DNA of 63,112 nt, filler included, from Phoronis australis (Eukaryota; Animalia; Phoronida), in assembly GCA_002633005.1 (NCBI GenBank). It is 11 parts of 11 records of this genome, joined end to end, with 100 filler letters (N's around TTAATTAATTAA, not from the genome) between each part and the next. Parts side by side here need not be neighbours in the genome. Positions count along the whole stretch, not along the records: positions 37,260 to 39,431 come from NMRA01003815.1; positions 39,532 to 42,124 come from NMRA01003579.1; positions 42,225 to 47,426 come from NMRA01002393.1; positions 47,527 to 50,150 come from NMRA01000912.1; positions 50,251 to 55,795 come from NMRA01002317.1; 6 more parts are not named here. One strand, 5' to 3'. Position numbers and translations under genes: made by a program. The notes beneath the pieces were generated by a model. It had not been told where the DNA came from. It was given only the letters and a program-made list of their open reading frames with translations, and did not search any database. Shown piece by piece: positions 38,295 through 50,400 of the stretch. The number at the start of each line of letters is the position of its first letter. Positions within the stretch are counted from its first letter, which is position 1.

Positions 38295-38557
38295 GTTGCG
38301 GTCTGAGCATAACCAGAAAAAACTGGGAAAAACAGGCATTAATATACATAAGAAGTAGCAAGCAGCCATTTACCGACAAACAGATCTTCAAAAGCACAAC
38401 TTCGGGTTAACACTGGACGTTCTTCACGTGAAAACAGGGGGCTTCCATCTTGGTTTGCACTAAAATTGTAACTCGGCGAAGAAACTCTGAAAGTAAATTA
38501 ACAGTCACATGACTTCACATTCATGCTTTGTTAAAATAATAATTTCCTCAAAACTTT

Positions 38558-38846
38558 AGAATATAAATTGGTAAATAAAACAACAAGAATGGATCAACTG
38601 AAATTTGAAATTTTCGGAGGTAACAACTTCCTTTATCAACAAAAACAGAAATAAAGTAAAATCAAACACGAAATGACAATTGACATATAAGATATGGTGT
38701 ATATATATGTATCTTATATGTCAATTGTCATTTCGTGTTTGATTTTACTTTATTTCTGTTTTTGTTGATAAAGGAAGTTGTTACCTCCGAAAATTTCAAA
38801 TTTCAGTTGATCCATTCTTGTTGTTTTATTTACCAATTTATATTCT
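38558..38846. repeat. Perfect fold-back: 137-bp arms, 15-nt spacer
   Basis: 38558-38694 is the exact reverse complement of 38710-38846 by manual comparison. Confidence 0.95.
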
Positions 38847-41800
38847 TCATTTCACGAAACAATAGTATCCTTGGGAGGATCTGGATCGCCTTATTTAGTT
38901 TCAGATATATTTTCTACGTTACTCAAAACTTTTAAATACAATGTTTTATTTTTGCTAAGAAAAACAGAGCTGCAAAAATAAGTTTTTAATATAAATACGT
39001 CACTAATTTTAAAAACATTAGAATATTAGCAAGATAATAGTAACTCTGATTATTAATCTTTTCTCTAATTCAAGCTTTGGACTTTATAGTCTGACTTGTT
39101 TACAAACCGGTCACATGAGTTGAGTTCACACAAGAGTCTCAAAGTAGCTGTACGACGGATGATGAAGCTCCTTCTCTTGTCTAGTCTCTTGGCTTTTGGT
39201 AAGTGGAAACTATTAATGAGGTTTCTTGGATGTTGAAAAGTTCTATAGACGTTCTGGCTCAGTGAATTGTTCGCTCGTACAGGCACAGCGTCTAATCTCC
39301 AGCCTCACAGAATGAGTCTTTCAGCCTCAGGCTTCACTCACAGGCGTCCTCAGCTTCTGATCGTCCCCAATACACTACATATAATACTACAAGGTATGAC
39401 ACTCCCGACTAGAAATTTCACGGGTGCTTCANNNNNNNNNNNNNNNNNNNNNNNNNNNNNNNNNNNNNNNNNNNNTTAATTAATTAANNNNNNNNNNNNN
39501 NNNNNNNNNNNNNNNNNNNNNNNNNNNNNNNAGTGCATACAAAACATACCGATAGTATGTGAAACTTTCATTTGAATTCGATTGACTTTTTCTGAGATCT
39601 ATATGACGTTGGCCAAATTTTGACTTTTTGTAGAGTCGTGTGTAACTTGGTTGTTTTCAGCCTCGCCTAACAGTTCGTCAGTTGACTCTTGACGTAGAAC
39701 AGTACATCGGAGAGACCATCAGGACCCAGGCTGAGTGGAGCAGTAGATACGTCGCCTTGACTGACTATGACATTCAGATACTGGATGTGAGCACATTACT
39801 GTCACTTTTTTAATCTCTTCTGTTACAGTAGTAGATACATGGCCTTGACCGACTAGGACGTTCAGATATTAGACACGAGCACTACATTACTGTCACTCAA
39901 ATTAGTCCTTACAAATGCATTTAGTTTTCAAAAGAAATTCTGAGTCTTGTCCAAAAAGGCCTCAGTATGTAGCCTTTATGAGCTGTTTCTGGATGTTTGT
40001 TCAACACGATGTGGTCTGGAATTACTACATAAGTGCAAACTAATGCTTTTTAATAACAGTAAATAAAAAGTACGGTGACGAAAAAATTAAGGAAATCATG
40101 AAAACGAAGACCACATGATTACATCATTTTTCAAAATTGAAATCAGTCCACCCACAACTCGACATTTTGTGATGATTAACAGCCCTATTTACAATTCTTA
40201 TATCTACTCAGAGTGACGCTTGAGTTCAGCTGCGATGCCACAACGTTGGATAGGATTCTGAAAAGGAAAGTGAGATTTAAGATCCGAGTTATTGTCAACT
40301 CTTTGTTGTATAACAGTGCAGAATGATCTTGATGGTTGTCTTTCAGGTGTGTCCTGAGACATGCAGCGTAATAGCTATGGTCCTGGCTCTGGTGCGTGCC
40401 AAGCCTTACCCTCGCCAGGAACACAGGTGTAGGCACAACATGTAGGTACCAGTCAGAGACAGATTGACGAGTGTTGTTGAATCCTTAGACAGAGATTGCT
40501 CGTGTACATTGTGGGCTCACGTTTAGTGTCATAATTATGTTGAGACACTTTGGCTGCATTTGAATGACTTTGTTGATTCTGCCAAGTCAACCAGCTTAAG
40601 ACATCTGATTAGTCCGTAAGCTGGAAATCATGATTGTGTGAACCAATCAGATGTCTAACCACAGCCTTGGTTTTGATCTCCTCTGTCAGAAGATATAACT
40701 CAAGTTATGAAGAGTTGCAGCAGCTTTAAACCGTGGTTCAGTCCAGAACTTTTGATTTAGACCACTTACTGCTTTACAATTGGTCTCGCACATCTTGTTC
40801 CTTTCTTAGAAGAGATTGAAGTGGTTTCATGGTTTGCAAAGACCTGGCAGATCGTTATTTGTTGAGACCATGTTTGGTACATAAAATTTGGTTATTAGAG
40901 CCTGGTCTCCAACAGTAATGACCTGCCAGATTGTTCGAAGCCCTGAAACCATCTCCAATTTCCTTAAGAACAATTTGAGACCAATTTCATAATGGTAAGT
41001 GATCCAAATCAATATCGTAGTTTGTTCTCATGATGGAAGACTTCTAGTTTTCGATTATTGTACAATGCCTGAGATGGAACTTTTAGGTTAAGTGTATTTT
41101 TGGTGTGTTTTGACTCTCTCGGAATTTATTTCATCTCACTTAAAACGTATATAGTGCTATATCGACAGGTCAAAAACGGCTAAGTTTGAAGTATTAATGA
41201 GAATGACACATTTTATGAAGTCTAAAATAACCGTCCTGTGCTTTCATCCTGACCACAGTATTAGCATTGAAAAGATGCTACTTCAACTCACCTTATTTCA
41301 GTCACTCGATTTTTGTGAGATGTCTGTAATCAGATCAATGGACACTTGGTTTTTGCGAAATGGGATATTCTGAGCAACGCTCAAAATGATTTTAGAGTTG
41401 TATATGTTTAGGACTTGCTTTGAACAAGTACAGAAATATCCCCAATTAAAATTTTGGTTAAACCTCTGTCATGGTCAGAAACAATGTGAGAGAACAGAAC
41501 TTGCGTAGCACGTCAGCGCCAAAGTTGGAGTTTAAATTTAAATGACCTTGCGATGGGCTGCGGCGACCAGCCGTGTAGTTTGACATCGGGTGGTTGTATA
41601 GCCTAGGCGGCGTTATTTCTTTTTCTCTTTGTTCTCGTGAGGATTGTAGCATTGTGGCATTTAATTGATATGTCAAATATAACAATTCTTGAAATTATGA
41701 CCTAAGAGAAATGCGATTTACAACAAAAAGCTGATGTGCGTTAATTATTTTTCAGTTAAAATTTTTTCTTGCCTTCAGTTTATATATATATATATCTATA

Positions 41801-41980
41801 TATATAAATAATTGCAGGCGTCTGGTCCATGTTGTACCGGACGTGTGCTGGCCACTCGGGTGGGCCCATTGCTCAGTGCATTCATTTAGTCCGAGACGAC
41901 CATGTCATTCTTGGTGTTCCTAGCTCTCCCCATCTGTGTTCCACTTAGCGTTGGCAGCTGCCGTTACTTTTCTGTTGCAG

Positions 41981-42100
41981 TAAGTCATCGCCAAGACTAT
42001 ACCAGACTGGCTTCAAATTTGTATGGAACTTGACCTCAGGCGCTTATACTACTATAGACATTGATGACTTGATGGAGTACAACATGGCACAGCTCAAAGG
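41981..42100 (+). CDS. Candidate internal exon, unknown gene
   Basis: ttttctgttgcAG acceptor, 120 nt, phase 2-2, single open frame KSSPRLYQTGFKFVWNLTSGAYTTIDIDDLMEYNMAQLKG, GTAAGC donor. Confidence 0.5.
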
Positions 42101-42589
42101 GTAAGCTTTGTACTGTGCTTGCTTNNNNNNNNNNNNNNNNNNNNNNNNNNNNNNNNNNNNNNNNNNNNTTAATTAATTAANNNNNNNNNNNNNNNNNNNN
42201 NNNNNNNNNNNNNNNNNNNNNNNNAAGTGGAATAATTCGGTGAGTACAACAGCAAGTCGGTTTTATGCTTAGGCGGACGAACATTGGGTTCCCCAGTATA
42301 CTCCCCTTGCGATGTTATTTTTGCTTTAAAACAGCCAGTCTTGCGCAAGTACGAACGAATTTCCGGTACTCAATTCTCTCCTGTACTGACGCCATCTTTT
42401 GAAAATAAGAGAACGCACGTCGTGTAAATAACCACCAAATGACTACGAGATTGTTTACTCAGACTTATACTAAACCACCGTGTAGGCTGCAGTATTACCC
42501 AGTTCGATGAATAAGATGATTTAGTGGTCCCCACCAGCCACACGCTACATAGGATTAACTTAACTCCAATTAAAACGTATGGTCGCATG

Positions 42590-43980
42590 GATAAATTTTA
42601 TCCGCTTGGACCACGAAGTTGAACGTGGTCGTCGTGTATGAAATATGTCCGCCGACAACGCTGCTGATGGAAGTGGTGGTCGTATGAACGAAAAATTGTC
42701 TTCCGACCACAAGGCAAGCGCTGTCGAAGTGGTAGTATGGTAAAAAAATATCCGTCGGGACCACGCCTTCTTTAACATAAGCCTACTTATAGCGCGTGGT
42801 CGTTTGGACGAAAAATGACCGCCCGTCACCACAAGCGATCTGCCGACTCGAGAAAAATTGTGTCAGGTCAGTAGGGATGAAAATTGACTGCCCCGACCAC
42901 CCTCTCTAAATTGATTAAAGCGCGTGGTCGTATAGTAAAAAAATATCCATCGGGACCATGCCTTCTTTAACATAAGCCTACTTATAGCGCGTGGTCGTTT
43001 GGACGAAAAATGACCACCCGACCACAAGCGATATGTCGACTCGAGAAAAATCGTGTCAGGTCAGTAGGGATGAAAATTGATTGCCCCGACCACCCTCTCT
43101 AAATCGTTTAAAACGCGCGGTCGTATAGTAAAAAAAATATCCGTCGGGACCACGCCTTCTTTAACATAAGCCTACTTATAGCGCGTAGTCGTTCGGACGA
43201 AAAATAACCGCCCAACCACAAGCGATCTGTCGACTCGAGAAAAATTGTGTCAGGTCAGTAGGGATGAAAATTGACTGCTCCGACCCAGGCCTTCATCCAG
43301 GATTTCGAAAATAGGGTGTCCAAAATGAGGTTCCCAATATTCCAGGGCGTCCATAATTCCGACGCATAACCCCCCCATCCCCAGCAATCCCCCCAGACAC
43401 ACAGATTTTTTTTACAAAAAAATGCATAGACCAAGGTTTTTACATCTAAGTTTACAAAACAACCTTCTGTAGTGAGCATTTTAATAAAACATTGGTGTAG
43501 ACCAAGACTTTTACAATGCTATCAACCAAGTGTGAGCATAGCAACATTGTATATACATTGTATATTTCTTCCTGCTTTGAAAAAAGAGCCCCCACTGTGA
43601 GCCTTCAGAGGCTTCCTAGTAATCATTACAATGTGTGTGTCCAAACTTGAAAGGTTCCTATTGACAGTGGGCGTCCAAATGATACATTGGGCGTCCTTGC
43701 CAGGGCGTCCATATTAGTGCTGGGGCGTCCATTTGGACGCCCAGGACGTACGCTGCATGAAGGCCTGCTCCGACCACCCTCTCTAAATCGTTCAAAGCGC
43801 GCGGTCGTATAGTAAAAAAATATCCGTCGGGACCACGCCTTCTTTAACATAAGCCTACTTATAACGCGTGGTCGTTTGGACGAAAAATAACCGCCCGACC
43901 ACAAGCGATCTGTCGACTCGAGAAAAATCGTGTCAGGTCAGTAGGGATGAAAACTGACTGCCCATACCACCCTCTCTAAA
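42590..43980. repeat. ~194-bp tandem array built of GTGGTCG/CGACCAC palindromic subunits (probable Merlin subterminal repeats)
   Basis: CGGGACCA at 42756, 42951, 43145 and 43828 (the last offset by the MITE insertion). Confidence 0.9.
43286..43767. mobile_element. hAT-like MITE nested in the tandem array
   Basis: TIR CAGGCCTTCAT/ATGAAGGCCTG with a perfect 8-bp TSD CTCCGACC. Confidence 0.93.
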
Positions 43981-44292
43981 TCCATAATACAGAGCGACGA
44001 ATTTGCAAGCTATAGAGGGATTGCCAATATACCGGTGAATCCGCCATACATTCATTTAACTGTTAATCACTCGGTGAATTTCGTCAATCCTGTCAATGGT
44101 GCAACAACGAATAATGTGGAAAACTTTTGGAAAAACGCTAAGAGACGACTAAAAGCTATGTCAGGCGTCGGCGATGAGCAATTGCCAAGCCATCTCGACG
44201 AGTTCATGTGGCGTGGGGAACACGGACAAACATCCAGTGCCGCTTTTTTCAATGTACTGCACCAAATATCAGTAATGTATCCGACGCCGTGA
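43981..44292 (+). pseudogene. Merlin (IS1595/ISXO2-like DDE) transposase C-terminal fragment
   Basis: SIIQSDEFASYRGI...HLTVNHSVNFVNPVNGATTNNVENFWKNAK...HLDEFMWR...YPTP*; 5' end truncated at the tandem array. Confidence 0.9.
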
Positions 44293-47145
44293 AGAAAAGC
44301 AGGACGTAGAGTATATATATACTTGGCGTGCCTCCGGGAATATTTTTGTTAAATTGTAGTGATGAATTGTTTAACGAACTCTATATTATTGTCTTTGGTA
44401 AATACACTATACTCTATATTATCGTAAATACTCTATATTATTGTCTATTTTAAGTCAATATAATTCTTAAACATTTATCGGGTCTAATTTTCTCAGAACA
44501 ATTCATGATCGCACCCAGCCTTCAGTATGGCTTAATATTGAATTGCCCACATTGTGGACCTTTCAATAACAAAAGAGCGGCGGACTAAAAAAAAGTATCA
44601 GAAGAGGGAGCCCCACTGTGAATTGTACATTTGCGCTTATTTAATGGAGTTTTGTGAGCATGCAATTTGCCTAGCACATACAGTTAATGGCCGTGATCCA
44701 CCTTGTTTTCAAAGCCGTGTTATTCTTAATTAAAATATAAGCATTGTTGTGCTTCCATTAATGTATAATTCAATTTTAGAAGTGTTGGCATTTTTGTAAC
44801 ATTATATCACAAGTAGTCTTCCTGTATATTTTTTCTGAATTGAGCTTTACTTTAAATGGTTTAAAAGTAGAAACCATATGTTTTCAAAGAATGCTTCTAA
44901 GTCATTTAAAAGCAAATTGAAACCATTCAAATTCAAGCAGTTATACGATAGCCACCCCTACGTTGGAATAATTTGAGGGATGGCTGTTTTAATGAGGTAT
45001 AGGTGTCATTTTGAAGTGTAAACGGTCAGTTTTGCAAGTATCTACCTGTGCGATGAAAACCAGACCGCTTCCGCTACGGTGGTCCTATAAAACGAGTCCT
45101 AGAAAACGCTAGGCTGCTTGTAGTCATTCATTTGAAATGCAATTACCACTTTATCATGTTGAATAAGAGTAAGAAATCATGGTTAGATTGTTGTTACTTA
45201 TAAAATTAAAAATCTAACGAAGAATTGTTTGTTTCAGTACTTGTTATAGAATGCATCTCTTGTCGGTGCATACAGAACACAAGCGTTTCAATATGTAATT
45301 GAAATTTGTTTTGCCTATGGAAAAGTTGGTGTTGTTCATGTGGAAATGTTGTGAAACGAAATGTGTAATAACCAATTTAAAATATGAAATGCTCAGTTAG
45401 GTAAAGAATATATCGATTATTGCCCATTTACGTATAAAATGTGGTACATATAGGTAAAGTCTAAATTCACACTAGCTGGCAAGTGTGGCAAGCTTGTCGC
45501 GTGGTCCGCGAGATAAACACCTGCCGTATTAGGTGGCCTCTACCGACTACCAGCCCTGCGTGGCGATGAGGTCCTCTTCCATCGTCCGAGCGGTAGGCCT
45601 AAAGCACAACATGTTGTAGGGGGAAGACCTGCATCCAGCACCAGGTCGGAAAGGAACTAAAACAAACAGGTCCCAAAGGGCATTTGTCACGAAGCTATTA
45701 CCTGTCTCGGACTCGGTGACGGATTTAGAGGTAAGGGGCCAAGAGATCATGCCCCCCCCATAAAACTCTTCCACATTCCATTTCGCAGTTCAAGGGTGCG
45801 AATGTCTGACTGGCAAAATCTTGACTAATGCTCTTCCCTGGCCCCCCTAACTCAAACTTGTGGATCCGCTCTGGCTCAGGTGTAATTTTTGTTCTTTTAA
45901 ATTCAAAAAGTAAACGATGCATCGGTTAATAGATGCAGCTCTGATTGGTGTAAGTATACCGGAAACAACGCGCTTGTTATTAAAACGCTTTGTTTGGGTT
46001 TCATGCTAATGCGAAATTGTCTGTATGTGTTACGATTAAGTACATACTGGTATTTTTAAAAGAATATGAAGTAGGAATATTGATAAGCCCAATACATTCA
46101 TCAAATTCATGTCAAGGTCGCATCATTTTGCGAGCGCGACCTACTGAAAAGTTGTGCCTCAACCTCACCCACCGGAATCACGCACATGCACGGCTGGGCC
46201 GAAACTGTATAGTAGTTAGGAGGACCTTTTCTGAACCCCCCCCCCCTGGCTACCGGCGCGTGTAATTAAGTAAACAGTAAATGCTATAACCGTTTATGAC
46301 CGGAGTTTGCTTCATAAGTAAATATTTTTCTCGTGCCCAACTCCAGAGATAATTGTTAAAATTGTTAAAAATATCTGTCAATCTTACAGTGTTCAAGCTT
46401 CAGCAAATGAATGTGCTAGACCCGCGGGCCAGGGGTATCTTACCGGTAATAGACAGTTGCGACAAGCTGTAGTTTTCATATGGTATAAACTATCAACTTC
46501 ACTAGCGCCCCCATTTGCAAAGCGTATGCATGCACCTTTTAAATCCCCACGGATTCCTTCATTGTTTAAATGGTGCATGTCCAATTCACAATACATCCGC
46601 ATCAGGGCTTGAGCAAATGAGTTTACATAATCTTTGCTGTTTGTACTTGAACTAAAGGCGTCCCGATGCGATTTTGCTCAAGTCTCAGATTGCTTGTGGT
46701 CGGGCGGACATTTTTCCTCCAAACTAGGAACTAACAACTATATTGATTCCTAGCTCCAAACGACCACGCGTTTTAAGGGTCTTGGAGAAGGCGTGGTCCT
46801 GACGAACAATTTTTTACCAGACGACCACGTACTTTAAAGTCCTTATTGCAAACTGCCCATGTGGTTCTAGTATCCGAAAATATTTACTACATAAATTCTT
46901 ATTTTCGACACCCTTTCTTTATATTCTTTTCGCCTTTCTTGCCTAAAGCGATTTTTTAAAAGTATTTGACCCTTCTCTCTGAGCGTATGATTACCGGTTG
47001 TCATCGGTTATTTCCGTACCCACATTTCCGGCTCATCAGTTCAGGAACTTGTCCTGAACGCCGCCATTTTTTCTTTGTAACTGAATGTGCTATGGCTTGC
47101 TCGAAAAGTCTTCAATATTTTGTTTTATTAGTAATATATCATGAT

Positions 47146-47426
47146 TCGTTTGCATATGTAGTGTATTTATAGTTTGTAGTTAGTGGTCGTTGATTTTTTT
47201 GGAATGTTATGCGTACTTAGTATGTTAAAATAGCATTGGTGTTTAGTTCCTTACGTAGGCCGGTCGAACCTAGAAACCAATATGGGTCGAACCAATTTTT
47301 TTTCGGTTTTATTTTTTTCCTCGTTTTGAAAAAGTACTTTACTATCATTGGAAAGGTAGTACATTCTACTCAGTAAAAATCGAAAAAGTATCAAAATCGG
47401 GGCAAGCAGTGTAAAGTTATTGCAAG
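47146..47426 (+). repeat. Repeat, inverted copy of 60311-60589
   Basis: ~280-bp high-identity reverse-complement match; truncated by the gap at 47427. Confidence 0.9.
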
Positions 47427-50400
47427 NNNNNNNNNNNNNNNNNNNNNNNNNNNNNNNNNNNNNNNNNNNNTTAATTAATTAANNNNNNNNNNNNNNNNNN
47501 NNNNNNNNNNNNNNNNNNNNNNNNNNCGTCGAGCCCTGAAACAGAATAAGCAGTCAAGACTGGTGGGAAAATGGTACTTTGTCTGATTACTTTTTTCTTG
47601 TACTGTGGTCCTGTCGAAAATGCATGGGTGCTTGCAGTATTGACCAAGAAAGCCAGTGGGGCCCTGGTAAGGCAATGAATTACTCTTTTTCAAACTATAT
47701 CATTAACCATTTTCCAATGATTTGATGATAGTGATAGAGTACATGGCAGTCAAAGACCAGTGCCATCTGTAATCACTCATTATTTCTTAAGATTTGATAA
47801 GGCACAAGAGCTTACAAATTCTTTTGCAACAGCCACTTCACATTGCTGAACATGCATCAAGCTGGTTTGCAAAATCAGGGACCCCTATAAATGACTATTG
47901 TGTATCTTAAAATATTTTTTGCAATCATAATGCCATCAAATTGCCACCGTGGTACTGCGAGGTATTCACATGATTTACGCAAGAACGTCCGTCACAAAAT
48001 GTCAGTGTATAGTTTTTGTCAACTCCACCAATTTAACACACCATTATTTGAAACTGAGCCACACCTCCAAAAAGTTGTATGTTTGCCAAAATGAGTTTCT
48101 GATGGGTAAGCTGTACAAAGTATGTACTCAGAAGAAAGCCTGTTTCACCTTTAAAGTACCTCAAATAGAAACTGAAGCCTTAAATGAGCTGAAGGCATTT
48201 ACTTATTAAGTCAGTTACAAGCATGGAGTACCAAAACCACTGGTAGGCCTATACTTTCATGAGTCAAGAGTCACACAGTGTTATTGTGGAAATTGTATGC
48301 GTCATTTGTTTATTTCACGACTGACGCTTCAGTCTTTTTCTTTTTAAAATATAGTTCAGTTCAATTTTTAATGCAGATATTTTACTGGTGGTATTCAACA
48401 ATTGACAAAGTGAGAACTAGTAGATTACATCGCCTGTATTATCACCCTCTTGGCTCTTGATTCATTTTCTCTTAAGACTCTCACGTGACCATTTGAAAGC
48501 ACAAAAAATATTTTTATTACGGTATACCACTTGCAAAAAGTATTCAGAATTTCTATGTTCGCAAGGTTATTCCTGACAAGGTTTGAACCTGTGCTTTTTA
48601 GGCACACCTGATGATAAAAAGTATGCCTTTTTAAAAAAGTTGCACCCAACAGACTTAGTGTAATTAAAGTGGTAACATATGAAACAGAAACCCCAAGGGA
48701 AATCTAAACAAGAACAGGGTCATTTTTACCCGACTGGCTGTAAGCTGACTAGAATCTTGCATTTTTCGAATAGTGCTATTTGCGTTTTAAAAGATGCATC
48801 CAAGGAGCGCATTGCTGCAATGTATTTCAGCGTGTCTTATTTTTTTATGGGCTAATGGCGCAGTCCAGGAATATCCCTCTGTTAGGCATAGGCTACTACC
48901 TAGGCAACTGCATCGTGTTGAATGCCGCAGGCATACAGGGGCGATAGTAAATCCCCATAAAAAGTTACTCATTTCAAAATACCGCAAATAAAATCAAATT
49001 ATGAAACATGCATATATCCACATGGAGTTATAATTAAACATTCCATGACTCTGGATACAATTTAGTCAGCATAACTCGAACATATCCATGAAAATCTGTT
49101 GCGGTTCACTCGAGTTTCTATCACCGAGTGCCATTTTGAGGAAGTTATGTGAAATCACATGTAGCTGTTGACCAACAAAAAGTCCATTGAGACTCAAATC
49201 TAACAAATTGCACCTGATATCTTCCCATGCTATTTTACAAGTGTCACGTGCCAGGTCATGCGCTTCGCTCATGCAGTCTCGCACTAAAGCTTTTGCCTAG
49301 AACTCACGTGACTCAGTTGAAATACTTTGTGCTTATCGTGCACACGGTGAACAAGTCAACGGTGACCAAAAAGTGGAGTTGGAATTCTTCGCCAAATTTA
49401 CCTTAACATTCCTAACTATGCTTCATCAAAGGTATTTGTAGAAGCAGAAAGGATCACTGAAGAAAGAAAGCGCTTTTTAAGTGATCTATAATTCTTAAGT
49501 GTAGAATGTATTTTGAAAATTCTTAATCGGTGAGCGGATTTTGCCTATTGCCATTTAAACTACACAGGACGAAATTAATGCAGAAAGCGATGGGAAGTAC
49601 TGTAGTCCCTAACCAGCCAACCGAGGGGCTAAGTGTTGCCTAGCTACTACGGTACTACCATACCTACGATTTAATTAGCACTTAAAAGTAAACAGGTTCT
49701 CCGTTGATAAAAAGGAAATGAAATAGAGAATAAAATTAAACCAAAATGTAGTTGAATTGAGTGAGAGTTCACTTGAGTATGAACTGACTGGACACTTGAA
49801 AGCAAAAAATGTTTACGTCGTTGCTTCAAATAATGCCAGTGTGCGACTACGAGTACGAGTGCGGGTCTGAGCCAGGGCAGGGGTTATCGTAGGCAATGAC
49901 CATCGCCTCTGTTGGCCCGAAGCAGAGGCGATGCAGAGGCTATAGGCGCTCTGTACGCCGGAAGCTTTTCGGCGAATTATGCCTCGCACCGACTAAACCA
50001 TCAAAGTCACGTTGTTATAAATACCTTTTGCGCATAGAGGAACACCTGAGGAGGTTGTCGATGTGTTTAATTCCTTCCAACTCGAACAAATACTCCCATT
50101 ATCAAACTTTTTCTTCGAGCAGTCCCTATTTCAGTTCCCAAAATCGTGAANNNNNNNNNNNNNNNNNNNNNNNNNNNNNNNNNNNNNNNNNNNNTTAATT
50201 AATTAANNNNNNNNNNNNNNNNNNNNNNNNNNNNNNNNNNNNNNNNNNNNCCCGATGTAGCCATTATCTGAAAACAAGACGTACGTAAGCAGCATCCGAC
50301 ATTAAGAAGATGTCCAAATCGCAATTTGGGAAAATATTTCAGTTTGCCATTTCGAATTTGCAGGTTAACCCGGACGTCTGATTGTCGATAGGTGTTTGTG

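Noticed and set aside
42590-43980. CRISPR-like array of palindromic repeats (also considered for 1297-2956)
   Set aside because: The inter-motif sequences are themselves repeated rather than unique spacers; eukaryotic context and no cas genes.
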